This document shows positions 1-9,214 of a DNA stretch of 44,209 nt, one piece after another. The notes under the pieces are model-generated. The model saw only the letters and a program-made list of their open reading frames with translations, ran no database searches and was not told where the DNA came from. Source of the DNA: a virus; UHGV virus genome UHGV-0168748. One strand, 5' to 3'. Each line of letters begins with the position of its first letter. The first letter of the stretch is position 1. Both the position numbers and the translations under genes were made by a program.

Positions 1-51
1 AGATCTACACTTAAGGAGTCGTCGGCAGCGTCAGATGTGTATAAGATACAG
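1..51. other. Illumina Nextera i5 adapter (flow-cell stub, 8-nt index, Tn5 mosaic end); library artefact
   Basis: Reads AGATCTACAC-TTAAGGAG-TCGTCGGCAGCGTC-AGATGTGTATAAGATACAG; inverted copy at 44161-44209 with two mismatches. Confidence 0.9.
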
Positions 52-128
52 ATATAGCTAAGATACAAGAATGGGCAGATGCGGGCTCTAAAGAAAACGT
101 AGGAACTTTCTTTAAAGATTTCGTCGAG

Positions 129-1040
129 ATGGGTAAAAACTATATCGACGGTATTAAGGAAAATGCGCTTTCTGAGATCCGCAATGGTTCGCAGTGGGTG
201 TCATGGCGTATCGACGCTAAAGACACAGTTTCTCGTTCGTTCTCCAACTCTACAAAAGAACCGGAGATTTCGGGTACTGTTAACTCTTTAACTGCGAAAG
301 CACGTTCGTTAGAAGTTAACCTTTCCGGCGGTCAAACAGGTTTCAGCGCCGTAGATGCTTTAGTTTCCGGGATTAAGTCCGCGATGCGTGGCGTTGCCGA
401 CACCTTACATTTGACAGGGATCATGTCGTTGTACAATTCTTCGGTAATTGATTTTCCAGAAGTGTGGGACAGCTCGGATGCGTCGGGAGATGACATTACG
501 TTAACGATACCTTTACGTTGTTGGTCCGGCAATGATTTGGATATCTTCCAAGATCTGCTCGTTCCTCTGTCATTCTGGATCGCTGCGGTCTGTCCGCTGG
601 CTACAGGTAAACAATCTTTTACTCACCCGTTCTATTTAGAGTGTTACTCACAAGGACGCTTTTCTTTCCGTAATGCGATGGTGACGTCGATGTCACTGCA
701 ATTCGGTGTGGGTGGTTTAGGTTGGCGGCCAGGTGATTCCGTTCCGCTGTCTTGCGACATCTCTGTTACTATTCGTGATTTGACTCGCGTTATGTACATG
801 CCCATCGTTACCGACACAGGCGTGTGGGACGATGATAACAAATTCAGTGAATTTATGGCGTGTTTAGGTGGTGCTACGTTGTACGAGCGTACTAATGGTA
901 TTGCGCGTGCCAAGATTAATGCGAGCATCTGGGCACAAAACTGGGCATCTGCGTGGTCACAGGGTAGTTTTATTAACTCGGCACTGGATGTTATCCCAGC
1001 ACGCCAGATCGCGAACATCTTCTTGCCGCAAGCACGTTAA
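129..1040 (+). CDS. hypothetical protein, possibly 5'-truncated by contig start
   Basis: 303-aa ORF; the frame stays open upstream to the adapter junction (~54) and there is no Shine-Dalgarno before ATG 129. Confidence 0.5.
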   Translation: MGKNYIDGIKENALSEIRNGSQWVSWRIDAKDTVSRSFSNSTKEPEISGTVNSLTAKARSLEVNLSGGQTGFSAVDALVSGIKSAMRGVADTLHLTGIMSLYNSSVIDFPEVWDSSDASGDDITLTIPLRCWSGNDLDIFQDLLVPLSFWIAAVCPLATGKQSFTHPFYLECYSQGRFSFRNAMVTSMSLQFGVGGLGWRPGDSVPLSCDISVTIRDLTRVMYMPIVTDTGVWDDDNKFSEFMACLGGATLYERTNGIARAKINASIWAQNWASAWSQGSFINSALDVIPARQIANIFLPQAR

Positions 1041-1056
1041 TGTTTGAGAGGAAATA

Positions 1057-1620
1057 ATGGCTAATACGCTATTAGGTAAATCAGGAAAACAACTGGTTTA
1101 TGAGTTATTAGTAAAAAAGAATCCTGGTTTGGTAGAGAAAGGTATTACAATAGATAAGTTGAATTTTGGCACACCGTCATATATTCCTGCGGTAGAAACA
1201 CCAGAAACTCAATTTACACGATTAAATACTCAACTCAGCGTCCAGGGAATTATTGAACAGAAAACGTTTGGTAAAATCGATGTTATTTATCGTCGATTGG
1301 ATCTAGAGCACCTCTTAGGTGACTTTGTAGTTTCTGTTGCGGGTGTTAATGCGGCTACGGTATCTGAGGTACTACAGCTTTTTCGCACTAAGTACAATTT
1401 GCAGATTACCGACGACGAAGTTGAGAACCCAACAGCTGCACCGGACAGCAGAGATAAAACCATCATTATCATGAATGGGAGATCTTTGGCGTGGACAGGT
1501 CAGTTGGAAGTCTACTTAACGGAGTTGCCGTCTGACGGTAAGGATATTTCGAAGTTGATTAAAGTCACCGAACTTGACGGTTTGACGTATATCTCTTCTG
1601 GGATTGTTCCAGGCGCTTAA
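1057..1620 (+). CDS. hypothetical protein
   Basis: 187-aa ORF with GAGAGGAAATA-ATG RBS, followed by terminator. Confidence 0.6.
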   Translation: MANTLLGKSGKQLVYELLVKKNPGLVEKGITIDKLNFGTPSYIPAVETPETQFTRLNTQLSVQGIIEQKTFGKIDVIYRRLDLEHLLGDFVVSVAGVNAATVSEVLQLFRTKYNLQITDDEVENPTAAPDSRDKTIIIMNGRSLAWTGQLEVYLTELPSDGKDISKLIKVTELDGLTYISSGIVPGA

Positions 1621-1646
1621 AAAAAGAAAAAAAAATAAGAAAGTTA

Positions 1647-1680
1647 ACCTACCTCCTTTCGGAGGTAGGTGCTTTTATTT
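1647..1680. terminator. bidirectional rho-independent terminator
   Basis: Stem CCTACCTCC / GGAGGTAGG with loop TTTC, A-run upstream and T-run downstream, between convergent genes. Confidence 0.7.
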
Positions 1681-2509
1681 ATTTCGCCAAGTCTGCTTCT
1701 TTTACAAAGATGCCGTCGGCGTTCAGGTAACCTTTACGGTCTTTGATTTCGTGCCACGCCAAAGAGAAGCAATGGCGAATGTCCAGTTTGTAATACAGCG
1801 CGAGACAAGCAAGGCAATACAAACCATGATCGAACAGGTTATCGTCTTTGTTAGTATTTAAGAAAGACGTGGAAAAAGATTTAGTTGCTTCCAGGTATTT
1901 TCGATGTGGGAATTTATGATCGTTTGCACAGGCTTCAACATTTGCAACATCACGAAGTTGCATAGTTAGGCCACTAGTTATAATATCGGCCGTCGTTAAG
2001 TGTTCGTCGTGGTATTCTTCACCCAGTTCCAGAATGTTCACCAGAACCACCAACGCATCACCGATACCATCCATGATCAGTTCAGGTTTGTTTTTACTGA
2101 TACCTGTTGCGATTTCACCAAACTCTTCAAAGAACTTCGTGATTTGTGTTTCCACTTTACCGTTGTCGAGGATACCACGTTCCTTAGACCAGCCTTTAAC
2201 ACGCTCTACACAGTTCTCGATAGAGTAGACCGGAACCGATACGGTGTGCATTACTGTACCGTTATATTCGGCACCTGTAAGTTTAAGCGGTGCTTCAATC
2301 GTTTCGATGTCCAGTTCCTGATTACCGGTGTGACGTTTACCTTCTACACGAATACGGTTAGTACCAGGATTTACCCCGATGGTGTAGATAGCATCAAACT
2401 GAATCGCTTTCTCGTCCATAGCGCGTAGTTGTGTGTTAACTTCTTCCAGGAAGTTACCTGGGTTAAGAACGATGTTGTAAATAGCGTTGATGTTAAAACG
2501 TTCGCCCAT
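1679..2509 (-). CDS. MazG-like nucleoside triphosphate pyrophosphohydrolase with ~135-aa N-terminal extension
   Basis: C-terminal half has MazG-type acidic motifs (FEEFGEI...DGIGDALVVLVNILELGEEYHDE, WHEIKDRKG); start moved to ATG 2509 with GGAG RBS, track ORF starts at upstream GTG. Confidence 0.5.
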   Translation of the reverse strand: MGERFNINAIYNIVLNPGNFLEEVNTQLRAMDEKAIQFDAIYTIGVNPGTNRIRVEGKRHTGNQELDIETIEAPLKLTGAEYNGTVMHTVSVPVYSIENCVERVKGWSKERGILDNGKVETQITKFFEEFGEIATGISKNKPELIMDGIGDALVVLVNILELGEEYHDEHLTTADIITSGLTMQLRDVANVEACANDHKFPHRKYLEATKSFSTSFLNTNKDDNLFDHGLYCLACLALYYKLDIRHCFSLAWHEIKDRKGYLNADGIFVKEADLAK

Positions 2510-2713
2510 TTTAAATCTCCTAACAAAAAAATAATAAAGTAAAAGGGTGCTTGCATAAGCACCCCAGGAACTGTTAAATTTTGCAAGCCCCGCCTGAGCA
2601 GTTATCGTCTTCCGTAGTTGGGTCAGCACCCTTCTCTACGGTCGCTTCCGGGTCTAAGCCAGGGATTGCAAATTCGTCAGTTTCTTTAACGGTTTCTACT
2701 TTAACTTCTTCAG

Positions 2714-2941
2714 TCATTTTTTTTTAGTTTCCAAATTTCTTACAAAGGGGTTAACAGTTTTGATTTTAAGGTTAGCGAACGGCGACAGAAGTTTCGCCAT
2801 CGGTGCTAGACCTGGCGGCGTCTCTTTATATCGTACAACGCGTACCTTCGACTTACCAGGACCCTTACGTACACGGTTGTAGCCAATAAAATATACAGTA
2901 CCTGTAAAGTATCTAAGGCTGTGAAATCGTGGTTTTTTCAT
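2714..2941 (-). CDS. small basic protein (75 aa)
   Basis: Track ORF; lysine/arginine rich; its ATG overlaps the stop of the upstream 49-aa ORF (TGATG). Confidence 0.45.
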   Translation of the reverse strand: MKKPRFHSLRYFTGTVYFIGYNRVRKGPGKSKVRVVRYKETPPGLAPMAKLLSPFANLKIKTVNPFVRNLETKKK

Positions 2942-3090
2942 CAGACATCCCCAAAAGCCAGAAAGCGTTTACGACCCTTGTGTGGTCCTTTACGCCAGCG
3001 ACTAGCGATAGTTTTACGATTTACTTTGCAACGGATTCTCTTATTCAGATTGATATACTTTATAGTAACTTTAATGACATCATTCGTCAT
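2941..3090 (-). CDS. small basic protein (49 aa), not in ORF track
   Basis: Hand-translated MTNDVIKVTIKYINLNKRIRCKVNRKTIASRWRKGPHKGRKRFLAFGDV; GAGGG RBS; shares RKGPxK motif with the next ORF. Confidence 0.4.
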   Translation of the reverse strand: MTNDVIKVTIKYINLNKRIRCKVNRKTIASRWRKGPHKGRKRFLAFGDV

Positions 3091-3111
3091 AAAGAATTCC
3101 CTCATCATTAA

Positions 3112-3558
3112 TTAACCCATTAAATGGATTACGACGTCTTTAGTTACTGAGTTTGCCAGTAAGCGAAAGAACTTCATGTAACGGAACATGCTAAAGAAAA
3201 CCCCAGCGTTGTCTACAATAACAAGGCTGTATTTTTCTTTTTCTGTACCCATTTGATAACCAATGATTTGCGTGATATTCTCTGGTAAGTCTTCGAGACC
3301 CAAACGGAATAGCACATCGTCCTCTAAGAACCCTTTTGGGTTAACGAATAATACTTTCCCTTTGTGGTTCTTAGCTAACTTGACACCGAAGTCCGTAAGC
3401 CCCGTCTGTCTACCCGTACCGTAGCGGATAGTACGAAATTCAGATAAAGCTTTAGGTCCATAACGATCGGTAAATGGATTATCTTTAGAATCCAGATCGG
3501 TTAAACCTTTTAATAATTCTTCTACTACGATGTTATAGTTAACATGAGTTTTAGACAT
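3112..3558 (-). CDS. hypothetical protein adjacent to thymidylate synthase
   Basis: 148-aa ORF immediately downstream of thyA; no motif recognised, not DHFR-like. Confidence 0.55.
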   Translation of the reverse strand: MSKTHVNYNIVVEELLKGLTDLDSKDNPFTDRYGPKALSEFRTIRYGTGRQTGLTDFGVKLAKNHKGKVLFVNPKGFLEDDVLFRLGLEDLPENITQIIGYQMGTEKEKYSLVIVDNAGVFFSMFRYMKFFRLLANSVTKDVVIHLMG

Positions 3559-3588
3559 TTTATCGTACCTTTTTAATTAGGTGGTAAT

Positions 3589-4623
3589 TTATACTGCGAC
3601 GGGGGCCGCAATATGTGGATGAGCTTGATAATCGACTAATTCGAAGTCTTCGTATTTGTATTCGAAGATAGAATCAGGTTTACGTTTGATAACCAGTTTA
3701 GGTAGCGGGTAGGGTTCGCGTGTAAGTTGAAGTTTTGCCTGCTCCAGATGGTTAGAATACAGATGAACGTCTACACCACTATAAACCAACTCGTCCGGAA
3801 CCATGTTCAGTTGTTGAGCAACGATGTGTGTTAACAACGCGTACGAAGCGACGTTAAATGGCGCGCCGAGTAGGTAATCGTTGCTCCGCATCATGTAAAA
3901 ACATGAAAGCTTACGGCGTGGAATGCCCTCACGATCTAAAGTTTCATGAAGCCGCTCTTCATCATCAATATCTTCGTGATTAATAAGCGGTGCGCTCGCA
4001 AATTTTTCCGGCTCGTTTACTTCGTACCAATCCAGTCGTTCAAGCAGTGTCATTTCTGTAGTGTAGAATTGGAAATAGTTGTGGCACGGGTTAAGTGCCA
4101 TATCGTCCAGGTCGGCTACGTTCCAGGCACTAACGATAATGCGTCGGGAGTCAGGGTCTTCACGAAGCTGTTGGATAACTTTACTGATCTGGTCATGTGC
4201 TTTTTCATAAACCAAATACGTCGTACCATCTTCCTTCATATTCCCGATATACTTGTAACCACGTTGTATTAGTTGTTGTGTACGCCCTACGTCATGGCAT
4301 TCCACAACCTTACAATCGCGCCATTCACGCCACTGTTTACCATAAACAGGTCCTAATTCCCCTTCCGCATTCGCCCACTCGTTCCAGATTCTTACTCCGT
4401 TCTCTTGCAGGTACTTCACGTTAGTGTCGCCGTTCAAGAACCACAGCAGTTCGTGGATAATACTTTTCAGGTGAACTTTTTTCGTAGTGACTAATGGGAA
4501 GCCTTCTCTCAGGTCAAAACGTAACTGACGACCAAAGACAGAAAGAGTTCCTACGCCTGTGCGGTCTTCCTTAACAACACCGTTATCCAGAATGTCTTGC
4601 ATTAACGCTAAATACTGTTTCAT
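3589..4623 (-). CDS. thyA: thymidylate synthase (ThyA family) with two insertions
   Basis: [36 protein letters not shown], catalytic [17 protein letters not shown]; C-terminal 50 aa near-identical in pattern to E. coli ThyA. Confidence 0.9.
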   Translation of the reverse strand: MKQYLALMQDILDNGVVKEDRTGVGTLSVFGRQLRFDLREGFPLVTTKKVHLKSIIHELLWFLNGDTNVKYLQENGVRIWNEWANAEGELGPVYGKQWREWRDCKVVECHDVGRTQQLIQRGYKYIGNMKEDGTTYLVYEKAHDQISKVIQQLREDPDSRRIIVSAWNVADLDDMALNPCHNYFQFYTTEMTLLERLDWYEVNEPEKFASAPLINHEDIDDEERLHETLDREGIPRRKLSCFYMMRSNDYLLGAPFNVASYALLTHIVAQQLNMVPDELVYSGVDVHLYSNHLEQAKLQLTREPYPLPKLVIKRKPDSIFEYKYEDFELVDYQAHPHIAAPVAV

Positions 4624-4931
4624 TAAATTTTGTCCTTTTCGAGTTCAATTAAAATTTCAAATAAGTCTGCGTTGGATTGCAGTACAATTTCACTGCCTTC
4701 TGCTACAACAGTAATTGACGGTTTCTTACCACGTAGCAAGAACTCCCAACGCATTGTTCTTACGTGGTTGTCAAGTAACTGTTTTAATTTGTGGTTAACT
4801 TCGACTTCCAGTTTGCCCAGTAATTGCGGTGTAATCGCTTCGCCTGAGTTTTTGTTATAAAGTGTACGCACTAAAGAACGCAAAGAATAACCAATGCACT
4901 GCGATATTGCCCAACCCGAATAGTTTTCCAT
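4623..4931 (-). CDS. hypothetical protein
   Basis: 102-aa track ORF, stop/start abutting neighbours. Confidence 0.5.
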   Translation of the reverse strand: MENYSGWAISQCIGYSLRSLVRTLYNKNSGEAITPQLLGKLEVEVNHKLKQLLDNHVRTMRWEFLLRGKKPSITVVAEGSEIVLQSNADLFEILIELEKDKI

Positions 4932-4932
4932 G

Positions 4933-5478
4933 TTAATCCTTCAAAATGTCTTTAAGTTTTAGTTTTGTATAGAACGGAGAACTGCTGAGTTCTTCTGTCC
5001 AGCTTATACGTCCGTTCTGTAGAACCCGGTCGAAGATTAGACCATTCATCTTTACAATTCTGGCCAATTGATAAAAGAGTGTCGTGAGATGTAGTCGTCG
5101 CTCCATTTGTGCGCGAGCGGTACAACTACGTACCGCTTTGATAGCTAGTACCGCTTCTGGCATTAGCGTCACCGCGATTGTTTCAGGATGTTCGTTTTTC
5201 CATTTCTTAATGGCTAGTAGTCGATGTAATGATTTTTCAAGGGGACGTAAATCCCCGTTGTTCATCACGTAGACTAAAGCACCAATATCCCACAAGGCAA
5301 TACCTACTGCTTTAGCGACAAACAACCCGTCGTGGGTTGTTGTGGCTTCACAGACCTTACCAATACTTCCGTATACACGTGCAGTCCATGCATCTGTCTG
5401 CTCGCCAGGTTTTATATTCACGTCATCCAGAAAATGTTTAAACGCATTAACATGATCAGTTAACTGTATTTGTTTCAT
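4933..5478 (-). CDS. hypothetical protein
   Basis: 181-aa track ORF. Confidence 0.55.
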   Translation of the reverse strand: MKQIQLTDHVNAFKHFLDDVNIKPGEQTDAWTARVYGSIGKVCEATTTHDGLFVAKAVGIALWDIGALVYVMNNGDLRPLEKSLHRLLAIKKWKNEHPETIAVTLMPEAVLAIKAVRSCTARAQMERRLHLTTLFYQLARIVKMNGLIFDRVLQNGRISWTEELSSSPFYTKLKLKDILKD

Positions 5479-5492
5479 TTCCGATATCCGAT

Positions 5493-5957
5493 TTAGTCAC
5501 GAGACTTTATTTTAAGGTACGCAACCGCAGCCCCCATGATTGCAATACCGGTACCCCAACCTATCTTTTCTAATGTAGTCAAATCAGACCAATTCTTCCC
5601 TTCGTTACGTCGTTTGGCCTCTTCTGCTAGTTCTCTCCACATCGCTTCACGTTCCAGACAGCTGGGGTTTATTTCTGCCTCACATCGACGTTTTCGTTCT
5701 TCTTCCCCAACCAGTTCTTCTAAATAGAGTCTTGTTTCTTCCACAGCTTGTTCATAGACGTCTAAGCGATCGGGAAGAATTCTCCTGTGGGAGGCTTTGT
5801 TGCGAACGGAGGCAATCATGTGGAGTTTCCGTTCGTATTTTGGATCGAGAAGATGAGTTATACTTCTGGTCTTCTCATGAAGTCCACGACCAGTACCGCC
5901 GAGTTTTTCCACAAGTTCTTCTACAGAAATTGCAAGATCAAGAATATGTGTACGCAT
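5493..5957 (-). CDS. hypothetical tail-anchored membrane protein
   Basis: 154 aa; charged coiled-coil-like body and C-terminal hydrophobic helix IGWGTGIAIMGAAVAYL. Confidence 0.5.
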   Translation of the reverse strand: MRTHILDLAISVEELVEKLGGTGRGLHEKTRSITHLLDPKYERKLHMIASVRNKASHRRILPDRLDVYEQAVEETRLYLEELVGEEERKRRCEAEINPSCLEREAMWRELAEEAKRRNEGKNWSDLTTLEKIGWGTGIAIMGAAVAYLKIKSRD

Positions 5958-6016
5958 AACCGTTTCTCCGCTTAAATGTAGTTCGGGGAGACATAAGTCT
6001 ACCTCGCAATGTAAAT

Positions 6017-6385
6017 TTACCTCAGGAGCACAACTTCGCGTTGCAGCTCGTCTTGTGACGGTATGGTGTATACGCCAGACTCGGGGAATGTTAAGTCGCT
6101 TAAAGCGGTATGGAATGTTATACCGTGAACTGCTTCAATTTTCCGCACGAGGGGATACCCCGTAGTTGTAGCCCAGTCATGGTCAACGAACAGTACAGTG
6201 CCGGGTTGTCCAGACCCATCCCAGACACGTAGGTTTACAGTCTTTCCTGAGAAATTAGCAAGTTCTGTTCGTAGTCTGAGTAACACATAACGCGAGAAGG
6301 TTAGCTCAATAACACGCTGAGGTAAAATAAACTCAGGAAACTCAAAAGCAAAACCGTTTGGCGTGTTAATAAAGAAAGCTTGCAT
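6017..6385 (-). CDS. hypothetical protein
   Basis: 122-aa track ORF. Confidence 0.5.
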   Translation of the reverse strand: MQAFFINTPNGFAFEFPEFILPQRVIELTFSRYVLLRLRTELANFSGKTVNLRVWDGSGQPGTVLFVDHDWATTTGYPLVRKIEAVHGITFHTALSDLTFPESGVYTIPSQDELQREVVLLR

Positions 6386-6404
6386 CGTAATTCTCCTTTA
6401 GGGT

Positions 6405-6442
6405 AAAAAATGAAAATACCCTACTCCTAGACAGGAGTAGGG
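6405..6442 (-). terminator. rho-independent terminator
   Basis: Stem CCCTACTCC / GGAGTAGGG; on the minus strand it is followed by a U-run. Confidence 0.65.
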
Positions 6443-6448
6443 CAAGTA

Positions 6449-7108
6449 TTACATACGGGTAACAGAATCCCAGTAATCGCGAAGATATTCTTGGTCTTCA
6501 GGATCTTTTGGAGTAGCCGGAATGTGACCATCGAATTCAAAAGGAATAACTTCCAGTAGGTCTTTGATTTCGTAGCGCTCAACTTCCAGCTCAACTTTCA
6601 CCCAACCACCCACAGAAGTACCATCACGTACCTCAGTAAGTAAGCCAGTGAAATCGTCTTTGGTATCAATAACAGGATGCCCTGTTGTGAGTACAAAAAC
6701 ATCGATATCCCAATGTTTTGCACCGCGTTCAGCGAGTTCTCCGGCTTCTAAATGCACGCGCTTAACGAGATGAGCTAAATAGCCATCACGATAGAAGGTC
6801 AGTGCAGTGTTTAAACCGATGTCGGAGTTCTCTTCAATTTTAGCGTCAAGATGTTGACGTTTCAGCGTAAGTTGTGCCGTACCGTCTTCTTTGATACGAA
6901 TACGACGTCTTCCACCTTCAATAGGCATCAGAACGTCCATGAACATCTTAGCAGACTGCGCGTGCAACCAATCCCAACCTGCTTGGGTAGGTTTAACCCA
7001 GACGCAATATTCCTTTTCCACTTCGCGTTTAATGGATTCGCCTGCAACGCGAATAACCTCTTCTTCCTGCGCCTTTTCCAATTGCGCAAGGGTATCGAAT
7101 AATCCCAT
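6449..7108 (-). CDS. hypothetical protein
   Basis: 219-aa track ORF; weak, unconfirmed resemblance to a triphosphate-tunnel (CYTH-like) N-terminus. Confidence 0.5.
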   Translation of the reverse strand: MGLFDTLAQLEKAQEEEVIRVAGESIKREVEKEYCVWVKPTQAGWDWLHAQSAKMFMDVLMPIEGGRRRIRIKEDGTAQLTLKRQHLDAKIEENSDIGLNTALTFYRDGYLAHLVKRVHLEAGELAERGAKHWDIDVFVLTTGHPVIDTKDDFTGLLTEVRDGTSVGGWVKVELEVERYEIKDLLEVIPFEFDGHIPATPKDPEDQEYLRDYWDSVTRM

Positions 7109-7971
7109 TAGATTAATCCCATACTTTCACTGACGCTCGTAATGTCGAACGTCGTGTCGTTAAAGTCGATGTTTTCTACAATAGAAACCACCAGATTAGG
7201 AAGCCATTCAGAATGAGGTGGTGTAATAACCCGTCCGTTCATAACGTAATAATGCAAGAACGGTAATCCCATCGAATGGCAGTACGATAACACATTGCCT
7301 AAGCAGCTTCCGTCGAACTCTAAGAGACGGAGCTTACGCAATAGCGCGTTTTGAAATGCACCGTTTGCGTAATCGCTAAATTCACCAGGCCGGTAATCTG
7401 TACCCCCGTAAATGTTCGCTTTTAATCGACGACCAAGTTGTATACATTCCGTTCCCGTTAGAGTACGTAATAAATGAATGTCAGGAAATTCAGTTTCCAA
7501 ACGACCCAATGCTTTTATTCCGTAACCTTTGTAGAACAGATAGTCTACGATCCTTAAATAATGATAGTAGCCTTCTAACGTTAAAAACTGACCGTGAATT
7601 GTGTCGAATTTTGCACCATTAGGTTGCGCGTAGAAGTTACTGATCATTTTCCCTACGGTAGTACGGCCGTTAGAGTAAAAGTTAAGGTGGTTGATACCGT
7701 CGGTAAAAGGGAGTTTTTCGGGTAACGCACAAACGTAGCCTAAACGACGAAGGTATAGGACATAAACAAAGCGCTCGTCAGGAGTAAGCACAATGTTTGA
7801 CGCGTTAACGTATGCATTAGGGTTATTTCGGCCAGGTTGATAACCCAGCGTTAATGCCAGAGCTTGATTATCTTCGCTTTGGCTTTTGATTTTCTTAAAT
7901 ACGGAACGCAGTAATTGTGGTTCGGACATAACCGGCCTCTTAAATTGCAAAATAGTCTTCCACGATTTCAT
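7108..7971 (-). CDS. hypothetical protein
   Basis: 287-aa track ORF. Confidence 0.55.
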   Translation of the reverse strand: MKSWKTILQFKRPVMSEPQLLRSVFKKIKSQSEDNQALALTLGYQPGRNNPNAYVNASNIVLTPDERFVYVLYLRRLGYVCALPEKLPFTDGINHLNFYSNGRTTVGKMISNFYAQPNGAKFDTIHGQFLTLEGYYHYLRIVDYLFYKGYGIKALGRLETEFPDIHLLRTLTGTECIQLGRRLKANIYGGTDYRPGEFSDYANGAFQNALLRKLRLLEFDGSCLGNVLSYCHSMGLPFLHYYVMNGRVITPPHSEWLPNLVVSIVENIDFNDTTFDITSVSESMGLI

Positions 7972-9214
7972 CGGTAGACTGGTAACTTACACTGCCTGCG
8001 GCAATCACGTAATTACGTTTCTCAGTGGTCAGTAGCGCCTGAATCGCATTTACGCCTGCGTAGGTGTAAAGTTTAAGTTCAGTCATTTCTGGCGTGATGT
8101 TTTTCGCTTTATCCCACTTTGCGTCCAATCCTTTAAATAGCGCTAATAGACGCGTACCATACGTTTTGAAACTGACACCGGTTTCAACCCGAAGGTTAGC
8201 CATGAGGTTTTGGATAACGGTAGTTGCAATCTGTGCACCTTGCCCTGGCTGGAGTTTATCCAGATAATATTCCGTCGAATCCAGATTACCCGTCGCTGCT
8301 GCTTGAATCATCAGCTCGCCGTATAACACCTCTTTTGCTTGTGCGTCACTGATCGCTTGAAGCATCGGTTCGATTTTAGACGGTAAACCATAACTGTTCA
8401 GTTTGGTAGACAGACTATAAATCAACGCCGAAGAGGTGTTAATATCTAGCGCGGAGAAACTGTCACTGCCTTTAAAACTGTTAATCAGGTTATCGATGGC
8501 TAAGAAGTCATCTAGGTCTTTGTAGCTGTCAAACGTATGTTGTACGTCATCAACGATCGATGTGATCTGATAACGCATATTGTTGACTTCAGACATAAAC
8601 CCGTTGACTTCTTGACTAATTTCCGAAGGGAGCTTAGCCAACTGCCCGGCGATATTCATCGTACTTTCAAGACGCTTTTTCACCGAGTTAATGTCAGTGC
8701 CGATACCCGATAAAGCGGAGTCCGTTAACGAACGGATACTGGTCCATCCATTGCCTAACAGCTTACCCACTCCGCCCGGATTTAAATAATCCAGCGCTTT
8801 TAACCCTTCCTCATCCTTTTTCTTAAAAGGTTCAGAAACGTCACGCTTCAATGGATCTTGGGAAGGCAGTGTTTCTTTCGTGTTAGAAGCAAACCCAGGG
8901 ACTTTTTGTCCTGGAGACACGCCGGAGGCTGAACTCCCTGCGGTCTTAGTTCCACCCACACTGGCGGTATCGCTACCGCCGAAGAGATTACCGATTTTGT
9001 TGGTCAGTTCACTACCACCGCTAATCAGTTTGTTAAATGTCTCACCGGCACGATTTGACAACTGACTGACTGAATCAACGGTGTTTTTAATACCACGTTC
9101 TGCGTTCTCTACCGTTGACTGTACACGGTTTGCAGCATTCTTTGCAGTATTAACGGAATTATCAATCGCCGACTGACCTTTATTTATTTGGCTGGTTATT
9201 TGGTCGATTTTCAT
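7940..9214 (-). CDS. hypothetical protein with Ser/Thr/Asn/Gly-rich N-terminal region
   Basis: Start moved to ATG 9214 (GGAGACCAGA-ATG); low-complexity N-terminal third. Confidence 0.55.
   Translation of the reverse strand: MKIDQITSQINKGQSAIDNSVNTAKNAANRVQSTVENAERGIKNTVDSVSQLSNRAGETFNKLISGGSELTNKIGNLFGGSDTASVGGTKTAGSSASGVSPGQKVPGFASNTKETLPSQDPLKRDVSEPFKKKDEEGLKALDYLNPGGVGKLLGNGWTSIRSLTDSALSGIGTDINSVKKRLESTMNIAGQLAKLPSEISQEVNGFMSEVNNMRYQITSIVDDVQHTFDSYKDLDDFLAIDNLINSFKGSDSFSALDINTSSALIYSLSTKLNSYGLPSKIEPMLQAISDAQAKEVLYGELMIQAAATGNLDSTEYYLDKLQPGQGAQIATTVIQNLMANLRVETGVSFKTYGTRLLALFKGLDAKWDKAKNITPEMTELKLYTYAGVNAIQALLTTEKRNYVIAAGSVSYQSTDEIVEDYFAI

Noticed and set aside
2576-2716. A 47-aa acidic ORF that appeared to be translationally coupled downstream of the 75-aa basic ORF
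   Set aside because: Block-by-block re-translation showed a stop after six codons (ATG ACT GAA GAA GTT AAG TAG). The ORF came from a transcription slip on my part.
2714-2941. Apparent 1-nt frame discontinuity in a T homopolymer near 2757-2761 inside the 75-aa ORF
   Set aside because: My hand reading gave five T where the ORF-track translation needs four. I cannot verify homopolymer length reliably by eye, so I defer to the computed track. It would be worth checking in the reads.
3112-3558. Dihydrofolate reductase next to thymidylate synthase, as in T4 frd-td
   Set aside because: The 148-aa protein lacks the DHFR N-terminal and IMGRKT-type motifs, so I left it as hypothetical.
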